From the NCBI GenBank assembly GCA_964016885.1, contig OZ024743.1, forward strand, positions 215,016,001 to 215,080,000: DNA of 64,000 nt, given 5' to 3'. The notes under the pieces were generated by a model. The model did no database searches and had not been told where the DNA came from. It worked only from the letters and a program-made list of their open reading frames with translations. Position numbers and translations under genes: made by a program. This DNA is from Eledone cirrhosa (taxonomy: Eukaryota). This document shows positions 14,218 to 28,360 of the stretch, in pieces (within the stretch, counting starts at the first letter, position 1; every line of letters starts with the position of its first letter).

Positions 14218-16061
14218 ATTTCATTTGTTCGAGTGTGTAATTGGGATTGGAGTGAGTGTATGTGCGTTAATATATGCTCGTTATTGTTAATGGTATTTTA
14301 AATTGAGATGTTGGTGTGTTTTATATGTTAATATGAAATTTACTAAATGTGAAAGAAAAACAACCCTTTGTCTGGTTGTGATTTATTTGTTGATATTTCT
14401 ATTACATTACTTGCAGATGTCTGTGGAATATATTTGCATTCACTTATTTTCTTTTAGTGAATCAATTCGTAATTATCCGCACTGATATAAACGATTATAT
14501 CTAGATGACAATGATAGGTGGTGCTTTAAATGGACTTTGACGGTCAAGGAGCCAGAACGTGTGTTCGTGCTTGAAACGAATACGAAATGTGGTTGCACAT
14601 TCAGTCTTAGTCTTTATATTATTGCATTGATTTTCTATTTTGTGAGTATATATTCTTGGTCTGTTTATTGATGTCAGTGTTTTAACTACAGATGCAATAC
14701 ATTTTTGGTTTCCTGCTATAAGAGGCTGACATATTAACCAATAAACCCGACTATTAGAATAAACATGACCATTAGAATATAAATACGAAATATGAACGAC
14801 ATGCCCTCTGATGTAAAATATTTAGTTAAGGAGAATCATCTCGTTTTTCAGGCAAGGATTGTTCATATGTTGCCATGAAACCGGAGCAGCATTTCCCATA
14901 TACGAGACGTCTCATCTGTGAAAAATATATGATATTACAATATCACTGTACGTTAATTGTTCCAGGATTTAACGTCTGCAGTTCTGCAATAAAACAGGTA
15001 CCGAACTATATCTGCCATTACTTTTTCATAGGTCATACTGGAACCACGTAAAAGAGGGATTGCTGCGTGGTAGTTTCTCATGAATTGATGGCTTCTTTTA
15101 CTCGCAACAGTGACACAACTCTTACATTTGAAGATATACCCATTGTCAGCATTGCTCAACGAATATATCATTATCAACATCATTATGGTTTTAGCAAAGA
15201 CATTCTGTATGAGTGAAATGAATACATTTGCTTCCTTCTACTTCATTTATCTGCAATTAAATTAAGTATAAACCAGATGCACAATTTTGAACAAAGTTAT
15301 CTCTTAATTTTAATGCAGATCGATATATCTATAATGTTCCAGCATATACAGCAACATAGTGAAACTGGACGGAAATTCAAAGATAATGTCATATTTAACA
15401 GTTTCAGTTTATTGGAATTAATCTAAATTTCTAATATTGATTTTATATACGTATAGAGACATTTAGGTCATACAAATTACTTGAAATTATACAAGGGATT
15501 TATAAAGTATTTAATAGACGGATTAGGTAAATTTCCCAAATAATCACTATACACCGTCTTGAAATGTTGAATTTATTAACATTGTTTTAACGATCAAATG
15601 TATTTCAGCTGTGTCTAGCAGTGCATTCAATATTTGTAATATATTTCCATTAATAAGTGCGGTAGGACTGACAGCATTTTATTCTATATCATTAAATTAG
15701 TAAAGTTTCTTTAAACCATAATTGAGTAGATATATTCAAGGAAGAACTTTCATGCATGTCAGAAATTTACGAACATATGGAACATTGATAAGTTGGGGAC
15801 ACCTGAAAAGTTCTTCATATGCGCTGTTAAGTATAGGTTTTACCATAGAAAATGTTAAAATTGTTATTGTGTTGCATTTTTCTTTCCACGTTCCCTTTAC
15901 TATTAAGTGATATATTGCACATAACAATAGTTGAATTATATTTCAAATCCTACAAAAGATGTTATTCTAGAAGAATGGTGATATTTAATGAAATTCCAAA
16001 TTTTAATGTTATTTAAATTGATGGGGTAAACAAAATGCTAAACATATATCATACTGTATTA

Positions 16062-16252
16062 TGGTGGATTGGCAGTATCGGTAGAGGGTCGGACGCCATG
16101 CTTTGACGCGTAGAGTTACGGCCCTTGCCATTCTGAGTTCAAATCCCGTCGAGGTTAACTTTGCCTTTCATCCTTTACGGGGGTCGATAAACTAAAGTAC
16201 CAGTAATACACTGGGATAATTGCTGGCCTTGTGCCAAATGTAGAAAGAATTA
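16062..16252 (+). mobile_element. tRNA-derived SINE, full length
   Basis: GGTGGATTGGCAGTATCGGTAGAGGGTCGGAC head, GAGTTCAAATCCC B-box and the family tail. Confidence 0.9.
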
Positions 16253-16767
16253 TATTATGCATGTGTGGGTGTCTCTATGTGTATCAATGTTTCAGTGTAA
16301 GAGTGTGTGTGTGCATGTGCGTGTGCGCGCGTGTGTGTGTGTGTGTTTGAGTGTGTGTATGCGTGTGTGCACTCGTATATGAAATAGGTTTATATAAAAA
16401 AAACCTAAACAAGCCTCACTTGGGAGCTTCTTAAACTATGATGTTATTAAATATGCATCAGTATATGCATTATATACGACGGTATAATTCTATGAAATAT
16501 TGCATACAATAATTTCAATTCTTGTAAATTAATGCATCGAGGGTCAATGTTAAAAAGTAAACCTCATTTGGTCATTATCTGAGCGTATCTTGTTTAGCCT
16601 TTGAATCTTTCAGCTTATGGAACTTTCACCCGACCCTCGTATGTAGTTCATGATTATGTTCATTCTTCAGTAGCAATTTCTTAATATGGTATACTGAAAT
16701 ATTGAACTGTACAAGGTTTTAGAGATTATATGAAATATTTATTTATAAAGTTCTCCCAAACGTTTAC

Positions 16768-17560
16768 TAAGGTAATTGTGAGATAACTGCAGCATAATGT
16801 ACCCCAGGCAAGACTAGTGTATGTTTGTTTTATAAACATATTGTATGTGTGTTAATAGCAAAATATAATTGAAACAGTAGATAACAATTATCGCGTATAT
16901 GTTGTAGGAAAGCGAAAAGGAGATAACTAATTGAATTTACAGGTTTAGTAGTAGGAAAGAGGTGTAAGGGCGTGTGGGTGTTTCGTGGGTGGTCCGCGAG
17001 ATGGGGTTTTTGTTATATTCCATCATATTATAACGTACTGCCTTCCATTTTTTATAGAATATGTTAGTGTAGATATTGAGAGTAATTTCTTTGATATTCC
17101 AAACCGGATGAGCGTGCAAATAATGGCGCAATCGTGAGGGAAACCGCGAAGTATAAGTTATAAAGTTTATGGAGGGTATCTACATTTCTGTTAAAAGACT
17201 GTTTAATTTTGAGGTGTTTTACATGTTACAGGAAAGATATCCGTCTGAAAAATAATTAGTGGTGAGGTTGTTGTAAGTTTTTGATAATACAATGTGAGGA
17301 TATTGGAAAGGTTTAAATGTAACATTCCAAAATTCTCCTATTAGAGGATAGAAAATAGACTCATATAAACATAGAACTAACAGGATTCAAAGAGTTCATG
17401 TTGCCTTTGTAGACAAACACTCCATAATATATAGCAGGAGTGAACATGTGGAAGTTTATAAAGCCATTGATATTGCAGGTTTCATAAGATCTAATTGTTA
17501 GATATGGTGGCGAATTAACAGAATCATCAGAACTTCGGATAGAATGATTTGTAGTATTAA
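16768..17560 (-). mobile_element. Unclassified repeat: decayed ORF plus a 3' region shared with the HHR fold-back at 20037-20350
   Basis: 16768-16900 is near-identical to 20088-20215. An upstream minus-strand frame is broken by a few stops (IGEFWNVTFKPFQYPHIV...LRHYLHAHPVWNIKEITLNIYTNIFYKKWK). Confidence 0.5.
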
Positions 17561-17571
17561 TTTCGACTCTG

Positions 17572-17660
17572 TGTACTGAGTTCAAATAATGCCGCGGTAA
17601 ACTTTGCTTTTCATACTTACGAGATCGACAAAGGAATGTACCTGTCTAGTACTAGGATTG
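17572..17660 (+). mobile_element. SINE fragment
   Basis: CTGAGTTCAAAT...AACTTTGCTTTTCATAC..GATCGAC..GTACC, a degraded family core. Confidence 0.6.
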
Positions 17661-19527
17661 ATTCTTCCATAACTAACTTTCATTCTTTACATAAAATTGG
17701 CTTTAGACCTGAGGATAAATGAGGCTTCACGATATTTTAAAAACGTCCTGGTAATGCCGTATCTTAAAACGGCTCCTTTACGACGGCGACTGTAGTACCG
17801 GGTCACAAAGAAAGAATTGCTATATTTATCAATAATAATGGAATGAAAGAAAAATGTACTAATGATCTTTTACGGATTCAAATATCTTTGATTGCCGAAT
17901 GAATTTAATAATATATACAGATAGATAAGCAAAATTAATACCAAAACAATTCGTTTTATCAACTCCATCAGTTACGAGAGTGGTATATTTTAAACGCGGT
18001 ATATATTTGGCTTATTTATTTAATGTTTTCTATCACTAAATCTCAGCCAACAAAATCAAGAGATTTTATTAATTTTATAAAGTTCTAATTTAATCAGTTC
18101 ACTGGAAGTTTTTGTGGCTTCATATGAAATTTAGGTACGACCAATTTTAGTCTATTAACGAAACCCTTGTTACTAACTTTATTCTCGCTATAAGATATTA
18201 GTTCTGTGTTGGAAAAGCCTATTGAAATTCGTTCTTGCAAATATTAATGTTTAAAAATGTATGAGATACCACTCTAATGCCAATTACCGGTTCAGAAAAA
18301 AGAAAAACAACAATACAATATTAAAATGTTGTAGTTTGCTTGAGGTATTGAATATAATATATAATGTTGAACGTGATATAAGGTTAACAATGCAGAATGG
18401 ACGGTAAAATGAAATTAACGGGAAAGTTACCTTGTAGTCTTTGATTTTTTATTTGTTGATGCTGATATTTCTTTCGTCCTTATATTTTGAGACTTAAAAT
18501 TCACATCTCGAGAATATAAAGAACCTCTCAGTGAAATATCTTCCGGTTTCTTCCCTTTAAATTCAATTTAGATTTAAAACTTAAAAACCGCTTTAAAGCG
18601 GTATATACATTTTCGTTATTAATAGCAGTTGGTAAAATTAAAATATATATATTAGGGAAGACTTTCAAATGGGAGCTGCTTTCATCTTAAGTAAGGAGAA
18701 TGTATATATTCTATGCAGTTATTTATAACTTTGCCAGGTTGATGTGGAACACCAATATATGCGCCGTAATTGTATTCTTTATACAAGTCAAACGGCCCTA
18801 TTCGGATTTCATTATCTGGCGAAATGTACTAGTAACCTCTGATAATTTCGGGTACTCAGAAACATGTAATCAAATATTAGGAAAATCATCCCTGAATAAC
18901 AGCCATAATCCTAATATGGAAATAACTATTTTCTAATATTCACTAAGTAAAATTCGCCTGATCCATCTGCAATAATATTGTAAAACCTTCTGACACATCT
19001 AACATTACAGAGTATCTTTTCTTTCAACCAGACTGTTATTGTAAGTGTAAATTTTAAACATCAATAATTAGAAAAATGTGTTTGTGTATATATGTTTTAG
19101 TTTAGTGTATAAATCAATCGCTATAAAAGTATAAGTTTTTAAATGAATCTGTTCATATGAATTGAAATTTAGATAATATATGAAATGTGATTCAACAGAT
19201 TAAGTTTTGGTGTAAATTATGAACTAATAGCATTAGAGTGTGTAATATTCACATACATCTTCTTTTAGACAATCTTAATTAACTATAATTGTTGTTATTT
19301 TGAATGAAACACCATCGCAAATATACACACACACACATATATATATGTGTGGGTAGGTATACATACAGTGTATGTCATTCAGTACAAATCTGAGCACCGG
19401 ATGCACATGCATAGTGTATATTAAGAAAACAATTATGAGATTTTATTTCCATGTATTCAGATTGCTATTGTGTATCAACCTGTAACGCACGTTTCGCAGA
19501 AGATTGACTCATGGTCAAACATCAAAT

Positions 19528-19735
19528 AATGGTTTCTGAATTTTAGCACAAGGCCACTAATTTGGGGGGAGGAGAAATTCGATTAATTCGACCCCATTGC
19601 GTCAGTGGTAGATTATTTCATCGACCCCGTAAGGATGAAAGACAAAGTTAACTTCGACGGGATTTAAACTCAAAATGTAATGCGCCGTAACTCCATGCTG
19701 CGACGCATATTGTCCGACGCCCTACCGCTTACTGC
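19528..19735 (-). mobile_element. tRNA-derived SINE, older subfamily
   Basis: On the plus strand: GCACAAGGCCA...TCGACCCCGTAAGGATGAAAGACAAAGTTAAC...GGATTTAAACTC. Confidence 0.8.
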
Positions 19736-19865
19736 AGAACTAGAGCTTTTTCATTATGGAATTATCACGAATTTATTGCTGATTTCATATGAGTGAAACT
19801 GGCCTCTTCCTCTGGTAGTAATTTTCCCATCTCTCTCTCTCTCTGTTTCTCTCTCTCTCTCTCTC

Positions 19866-19914
<49 letters not shown>

Positions 19915-19915
19915 A

Positions 19916-19957
<42 letters not shown>

Positions 19958-19971
19958 TCTCTCTCTCCCTT

Positions 19972-20036
<65 letters not shown>

Positions 20037-20042
<6 letters not shown>

Positions 20043-20350
20043 TCACCTTGGGGGATCCTCAGCTCGTAATGGACATGGTTATACGGAAGGTAATTGTGAG
20101 ATAACTGCAGCATAATATACCCAAGGTAAGACTAGTGTATGTTTGTTATATAAATATATTGTATGTGTGTTAATAGCAAAATATAATTGAAACAATAAAT
20201 AACAATTAGCGAGTATAACCATATCCATTACGAGCTGAGGATCCGCTAAGGTGAAACAATTGTTCTCGGTATGGTGAACTAACTGTTGTTAACCAGTTCT
20301 GCCTAACTCGTCCCATGGACTGAGTGCTCTACCACTACGGCTATTACCTT
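20037..20350. mobile_element. Fold-back PLE-type insertion in (AT)n
   Basis: 20037-20087 is the inverted copy of 20213-20260, and both ends abut (AT)n. Confidence 0.7.
20231..20268 (+). ncRNA. Minimal type I hammerhead ribozyme motif
   Basis: CGAG-CTGAGGA-TCCGCTAAGGT-GAAA-CAATTG-TT-CTCG: stem I CGAG/CTCG, palindromic stem III and a GUU site. Stem II is weak. Confidence 0.7.
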
Positions 20351-20491
20351 CCAGTGTTCTACCACTTCATATATATATATATATAGGTTGGTAGGTAAAT
20401 AGATCAATGGACTGATAGAAAGATTGATAGCTTGATACACATTCACTTCCACACACATCCACACACACACACACTCACACTCACACTCACA

Positions 20492-20563
<72 letters not shown>

Positions 20564-20566
<3 letters not shown>

Positions 20567-20775
20567 GAAAAGTCTCAGGACCCCCAAGGCCGAGCTGCGG
20601 CCGTTTGACAGCTAAATCCGAACAAACCCGGCAGTATTACTGGGTCATTTCGGATCTGGCTGTCGAAACGGCTGGAGCTCAGCCTTCGGGGTCCTGACAA
20701 TTTTCCTATTACACAATCTACTAACCTAAGTATCGAGTACTCTGGTGCGTTATGGTCTACCTGGTTCATCACCAC
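20564..20775 (+). mobile_element. Fold-back family F, copy A (3' half of the HHR only)
   Basis: Inverted repeat at 20564-20709, then the tail ..CTAAGTATCGAGTACTCTGGTGCGTTATGGTCTACCTGGTTC shared with the copies at 28578, 33331 and 47795. Confidence 0.75.
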
Positions 20776-20786
20776 ACACACACACA

Positions 20787-20902
<116 letters not shown>

Positions 20903-21396
20903 CGTGGCTTGATTTCTTGTCAGACTTCAACGACCTGCGCATGTATTTTTTTGGCGGTAGCCTCCTTACTCCCATTTTCAGGACAGTGTAAGATTTTCTT
21001 TAGAACTGCTGGACTAACAACCTAGAGTCCCCTGAAGCACTGATGGTGATTATCGCTAAATATTGATGTTGATTTGATTATCAATATTAATATTATTGGG
21101 TACCCACTGAATATTTATAAGAGACCACTTGAATAAGTATCTGTTGATTTTATACAAGCTTCTACATAACTTTGTATAAATTCACCCAAATTCTAGAAAT
21201 CTTATAATGAAACAAGTCGTCTGGAAAATGATATATTTGATATATCTCATATGAAATAATACAGCCAATTATCCACACAATACAATATAGTTAGCACCCC
21301 AAACGTTTAATTGGGAATGTACTCAGGTATTTCCTAATGTTTGTTGAGTGAGTTGGAATTTGATCAGTGTATCGCTTTTAGCTTTCTCCGATTATG

Positions 21397-21432
<36 letters not shown>

Positions 21433-21438
<6 letters not shown>

Positions 21439-22480
21439 CAATAAAGTATGTCCATAGAATCATTTGATAAAATATATACACCATTTCCTCTCCCAATCAG
21501 CATAATCAACCGCACAAAAAACCAGTTAAACCAGGCTATAATGTATTTTAATCTTATAGCCTGGTTTAATTGTATTTTTGTGTGGTTGATTATGCTGATT
21601 GGGAGAGGAAATGGTGTATACATTTTATCAAATGATTGTCTGAACATACTTTATTGTATATTGCTATGATTGTTGATTATTTAATTAATTAATTCGTAAT
21701 TGAGCCACATCGTGAATGGTTGCCAAAAACATATATATATATGGCTTTCTCTAGTTTGTGTATATGTAAATATTTATATTTGATAATCCCCCATATGGTT
21801 GAGATGCAATTTAGGCAATATTAGGCTGCGCTTTCTAGCAACCAGCCCACTCGCTGTAAGGCACCAATCACATTCTTTCTGACTTGACCACTGCCACGTC
21901 ACAGTTCTTAGCCATTTGAATTCGTTTCTGGCGGGGATCATTTAAGAAAAATATTAGTCCAAGTCATTTTGTTTTTTGATGATTTCGAAGCTTGTGAATT
22001 TATCCTTGATCGGATATTTCCAAAAGCGAATGAAACCCCAAGGGGTAGACACGTAATTATTGTATGTTTATATACATTTTCTTCTAACTTTGATTTTATG
22101 CCTAATTGTGTATGGTTGACGATATATTTAATCGATTCCAACGTGCTATTGGAAATGTGGGTAAATATTCTATGGCTGTTGATCGCGAATAGATAGCTGT
22201 CATTTATTCATCTATTATTTCTTCATAGGTGTCTTTTAATCATATAGTATGTTTTAATTGTTTTTTTGTGTGGTTGATTATGCTGATAGGGAGATGAAAT
22301 GGTGTATATATGTTATCAAATGATTCTATGGACATACTTTATTGCATATTGCTCTGATTGTTAATTATTTAATTAATTAATTCGTCTTTGAGCCACATCG
22401 TTGATGGTTGCCAAAAACTTATATATATATATATATATATATATGACTTTCTCTAGTTTGTGTATATGTAAATCTTTATA
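21433..22480. mobile_element. Non-autonomous element: inverted arm + direct repeat 1 + internal region + direct repeat 2
   Basis: 21433-21540 is inverted to 21553-21660, and about 21565-21778 is repeated directly at about 22253-22480. (AT)n lies on both flanks. Confidence 0.7.
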
Positions 22481-23687
22481 TATATATATATATATGTGAA
22501 ATATATGAAATATATGAAATACAAGAATCAAAGAACTGTTCAAAACATTTTTATGCTCATAACTGTTTCCTCCAAACCGAGGTTTGGTTTCTTCGGAGCA
22601 ATTTATTATTGAATGAACACTTATATTACCTCCTTTTCACCCAAGAGACATACAGATACATATGCAAATATTGTGGGTCAACATTCATTACAGCATTTAG
22701 AGTGGCAGTACACACTTAGAGATTACTTTCATATTAAAATATACAATCAAAAATACAGGTTAAAATACAACATGCAAATAAGCGGTTATATAGTGCAAGT
22801 GTTATATGTGTGGCAAGCACGTGCGTCTTGTTTATATAGTGTGGCAGAGAGTTACGTGTAGTAGAAGCACTTAAGTAGGTAAACAAGAGTGTTAGGTTGG
22901 TTGATCTGGTGGAACATTTTTTATATGATTGTTATAGTCTGTGTATGAAGAAATAATATAAGCATTAAGAATAGTGCAAGCATTAAAAATATTAAAAATA
23001 TTGGAAATGCACAGCGAAGGGATGATATGGACTTCATGTACTTCGACATTTTCATAGTCTGGGAAGTTTATTTTTCAGATTATATGCCCCTCACATAATC
23101 CACGACAATTCGATATTGAGCGTTTGACAATCCAGTTAGAGAATCGTAGTCTGATGTTCTTTAGTTTAATACAGGAGGATGTTACGTTTCGAGAATCGAC
23201 ATTGAAATACTACTCAAAATTGTGTGTGTGGCTAAGGGGAGTTAATGCATGAAGTACATGAAGTCCATATCATCCCTTCGCTGTGCATTTCCATTAATAG
23301 TTTTAATGCTTGCACTATTTTTAATGCTTATATTATTTCTCCATACACAGACTATAACAATCATAAAAAGAATTTGCTACCAGATCAACCAACCGAACAC
23401 TCTTGTTTACCTACTTAAGTGCTTCTACTACACGTAACTCTCTGCCACACTATATAAACAAGACGCACGTGCTTGCCACACATATAACACTTGCACTATA
23501 TAACCGCCTATTTTCATGTTGTATTTTAACCTGTATTTTGATTGTATCTTTTAATATGAATGTAATCTCTAAGTGTGTACTGCCACTCTAAATGCTGTAA
23601 TGAATGTTGACCCACAATATTTGCATATGTATCTGTATGTCTCTTGTGTGAAAAGGAGGTTATATAAGTGTTCATTCAATAATAAAT

Positions 23688-23734
23688 TGCTCCGAAGAAA
23701 CCAAACCTCGGTTTGGAGGAAACTGTTGTAAGCA
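23688..23734 (+). ncRNA. Hammerhead-like motif in the 5' pLTR (variant core CCGAAGA)
   Basis: TGCT-CCGAAGA-AACCAAACCTCGGTTTGGAG-GAAA-CTGTTG-TA-AGCA. An inverted copy lies at about 22555-22601, and the 3' pLTR copy (about 27895-27930) has lost the GAAA segment. Confidence 0.6.
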
Positions 23735-23974
23735 TAAACATGTTTTGAACAGTTCTTTGATTCTTATATTTCATATACCTGCTCTGTAAATACTCTGATG
23801 TTTTTACATTGAGCTACTTAACTTACTGGTAATAAGGTAGTAGTATATTACTGCCTACCACTATTTAGGGTTTGTATAAACATATATATAACTGCAAATA
23901 GTATAATTAATAAATAGTATAATTAATACTATTAACTGCTCCATATTGTTGAGTTGACATATAATATTACCAAT

Positions 23975-26513
23975 ATGCTAATCAAAGACCAACTCCCCAT
24001 GTCAACCAAGAACATACCAATACCATCCAGGAATACATATGAGAAATTGCTGATCAACAGTGTAAATTCATTTATCAATAGAGTGAGATGGAGGATAATT
24101 CCATTATGATAGAAACAGATCTACCAATGTGAATAATACTAACAAATTTGACTCCTTCGGCTTTAAAACCTTTAAAAGCCCCCCTCATAACACACTACTT
24201 AACTCCTTTGAAAATGATCTAGTTAAACTAGTTAAGAACATTAAATACAATAAGCACCATAATAGAAGCAACACCTTCTTAAACAAACTTAACACCTCTA
24301 TTAATGGATTCAAAACTAGTAATAAAATTATTGTACACGCAGATAAAACCAATAACATATACAGCCTAGATTATAATACTTATAGAAAGTTTATATATAA
24401 TGAACTACATAAAAGCTACAAGAAGACCACCTTGAAAAACTTAGAAAATATAGAGGGATATAATATAGTGTCTAAACTAGGACTTCAGAGGCATACACAA
24501 CCATTCACCCCAAACCCCTCTAGATTCTCTCTGAAGGATCATAAGGAGGACTTCATCAGCAACCCCTCGATAAGACTTATCTGCCCTTCCAAGTCCGACA
24601 TTGATATTATCAGCAAGAACATTTTAGATAAAATCATCCCACAAATTAAACACAAGATACACCTTAAACAATGGGGAAATACGGGTGAAGTTATTGAATC
24701 GTTCAAAGATATCAAGAATAATAAGGACAACAAATTCATTCAATTTGATATCAATTCATACTACACCTCTATTTCCCCTATCCTATTAAATAAGGCACTA
24801 ATCATGGCCATGAACAATAGCAACCTGACTAGAGCCCAGATTGATGTCATCCTTGCGGCCCGTAAAACCATAGTCACCTTCGAGGACCAACTATGGACAC
24901 GCAAGGATACGCACAACAACTTCGACATAACCATGGGATCTAGTGACTCGGCGCAGGTCACTGATTTGGTCGGCCTATACCTTCTTAATGAAATCCATAA
25001 GGACATACCTTACCTCAACGGCGGTTTGTACCGTGATGATTCACTTCTACTTATAGAATATCAAAAAATCTAATATAGAAAGAACTAGAAAACTATTGCA
25101 CAAAACATTCAAAAACTTTAACCTTAGTATCACCATGGACAAAAACACTAAAAATGTTAACTTGCTAGACGCCACACTATACCTAGACTCAAAAATATAT
25201 ACACCTTTCCATAAGCCTAAGGAAAAACTCATTTACGTAGATACCAAGTCTAATCACCCTAGATCAATATTAAACTCTATCTCTAAGGGCGTATCCAATA
25301 GAATCTCTAATCTATCCTATGACGCAAACATATTTAGCAAAAACTCACAATATTATAATCAAGCATTAGCTAGATCTGGCCATAATATAGAAATTGAGTT
25401 CCTACCTAAGAAAACACATAGCTACAACATCATCTCGCACAACATCTCCATGAGGAAACCTAATAATAGGAATAGCAACCACAAGTACACCAAAGCGGAG
25501 GGTGCCACCGGAAGTAACCATTACCACGGAAACTACCGTAGTGCCTTAGGAAGAAACAACACACCAAACACTAAAAACAAAAATAGAAGAAGAAATAATA
25601 CATTTTTCAACCCTCCTTTCAACCTAAATGTCTCCACCAACATACCTAGGGCCTTCTTCTCACTACTAGATAAAAACTTCCCTCTAGGACACAAGTACCA
25701 CAACCTTTTAAACAAAAACACTATTAAAATGTCATACTCTACGACGCCTAACTTAGCATACCACATAGCTAGCAGCAATAAAAGTAAAATTAATTCTTAC
25801 TTCCAACAAACGAAATCACAACCGAATGTAAACCTTCTAAATACCTCTGTAGCAAGCGACCATAGTAACGGCAGTAACAATAGAAATAACACTAGTATAA
25901 GAAATAACACCGGGGTCGACAACCCGAATGTCCAAAATCCTATAGCTACCACCCAGACTTCTGAACTGCATTATAACCAGCGGACTAACACACAGGATAA
26001 TTGTAACTGTAGAGCCAATAGAACCTGCCCTATTAGATAAAAAATGCCTAACCAAGGATATCATATACTCATGCACCGTCACAACTAGCAACTCTTCAGA
26101 AACCTATGTAGGCTTCACTTCTAACTGCTTCAAAATCAGATATAATTCGCACATCCACCCGTTCAAAAAGCACAGTCTAGCCAACTCCACCTCGCTATCT
26201 AGCTACATACACTATCTAAAAACTAAAAAATAAACCTTACACACTCAAATGGGAAGTGATAGGTAGCGCGACTTCGTACAAACCACCTAATAAATTGTGT
26301 AACCTCTGTATACTAGAGACCCACAATATTATCTTCTCTAACCGTAACCTACTTAACCAAAAATCAGAAGTGTTTTCAACGTGCCAGCACCGCTTCAGAC
26401 ATTCCTTCCAAAATTTAAGCCCAATATATAGCAATGTCGGACTTGAACCAAACACCACCTCTAGCATCAAACACCAGGGGCACACCTTATACCACATACC
26501 CAACACTAACTGA
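23975..26513 (+). pseudogene. PLE reverse transcriptase + GIY-YIG endonuclease, frameshifted near 24105, 25070, 26030 and 26230
   Basis: MSTKNIPIPS..FINRVRWR, FGFKTFKSPP, HADKTNNIY, FIQFDINSYY, MGSSDSAQVTDLVGLYLL, GLYRDD, FFNPPF, CNCR..CP, IIYSC..YVGFT, CNLCILE..LLNQKSE..CQH. Confidence 0.92.
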
Positions 26514-28132
26514 TCTAATATAACACAAACAGCGACATCCCTCTAGAACCCTTCGCAGGGCGAATACCCATTTGTACCTCTACTTTAGGTGTGACAACAT
26601 CCACCCACTTGAACTGCACTACACCGCTCTATAAGCAATTTAAGCATGAATTGATTGTCCTGTTGGTGTTGTGCGGAGGAAGTGCCTTCGTTGGACAGAT
26701 GAAAAACGAATTAATCTAGTAACGCTGTTGAGCAGTATGACCGGTACGCTGAGTGCAGGGAATGAATGTATTGCAACTGGCGTGCAGGTTGTACATATAT
26801 GGATGATTTGATGGTCAGAGTGGGGTCATGAGGACTGCGGATTGACCTCTGGTCGGCCCTGGTGATGATCATCTTTCGACATCCAATGTAGCAAGCGATG
26901 ATCCAGAACTTACCAGAGATCATTGTGTGTTGAAGTGATTCTGCAATCACCGCGCCTGGTCCTATGTGTAGACTACAACCACAGAGATCATTAATTTAGA
27001 ATCCTCGCTCGTCGTCTATAATATTCATTTGTGGCACTCTACGATGGGGATTAATTCACCATAATAATACGAACACCTTCAGCACAACTTAATAGACTAC
27101 TCTATAGTTAAAACACTTTAAGCTTTAGAAGTTTTTGGAAATTGCGCATAACCATAGAAGTTAGGGTCTATTTTGAGACACAATTCAATATTTTGAGACA
27201 CATTTCAATAGTTAGTAATAGAAACCTCGGAGTTACCTCCCCTCATGCATTAACTCCCCTTAGCCACACACACACTTCCAGGTAGTATTTCAATGTCGAT
27301 TCTCGAAACGTAACATCCTGCTGTATTGAACTAAAGAACATCAGACTACGATTCTCTAACTGGATTGTCAAACGCTCAATATCGAATTGTCGTGGATTAT
27401 GTGATGGGCATATCATCTGAAAAATAAACTCCCCAGACTATGAAAATGTCGAAGTACATGAAGTCCATATCATCCCTTCGCTGTGCATTTCCAATATTTT
27501 TAATATTTTTTATGCTTGCACTATCTTTAATGCTTATATTATTTCTCCATACACAGACTATAACAATCATATAAAGAATTTTCCACCATATCAACCAACC
27601 TAACACTCTTGTTTACCTACTTAAGTGCTTCTACTACACGTAACTCTCTGCCACACTATATAAACAAGATGCACTTGCTTGCCACACATATAACACTTGC
27701 ACTATATAATCGCTTATTTTCATGATGTATTTTGACCTGTATTTTTGATTGTATATTTTAATATGAATGTAATCTCTAAGTGTGTACTGCCACTCTAAAT
27801 GCTGTAATGAATGTTGACCCACAATATTTGCATATGTATCTGTATGTCTCTTGTGTGAAAAGGAGGTCATATAAGTGTTCATTCAATAATAAATTGCTCC
27901 GAAGAAACCAAACCTCGGTTTATAAGCATAAAAATGTTTTGAACAGTTCTTTGATTCTTATATTTCTTATAACTGCTCTGTAAATCATCTGATGTTCTTA
28001 CATTGAGCTACTTAACTTAACTGGTAATAAGGTAGTAGTATATTACTTCCTACCACTATTTAGGGTTTGTATAAAAATATATATAACTGCAAAAGGTTTT
28101 TGTATTTACATAACCATAAATAGTATAATTAA

Positions 28133-28360
<228 letters not shown>

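Noticed and set aside
16062-16150. Possible tRNA gene
   Set aside because: The A/B boxes belong to a SINE head; there is no cloverleaf and the SINE body follows.
24100-24115. TGA in the Naiad ORF considered as selenocysteine
   Set aside because: It arises from a frameshift, is followed by TAG and is not at a conserved Cys.
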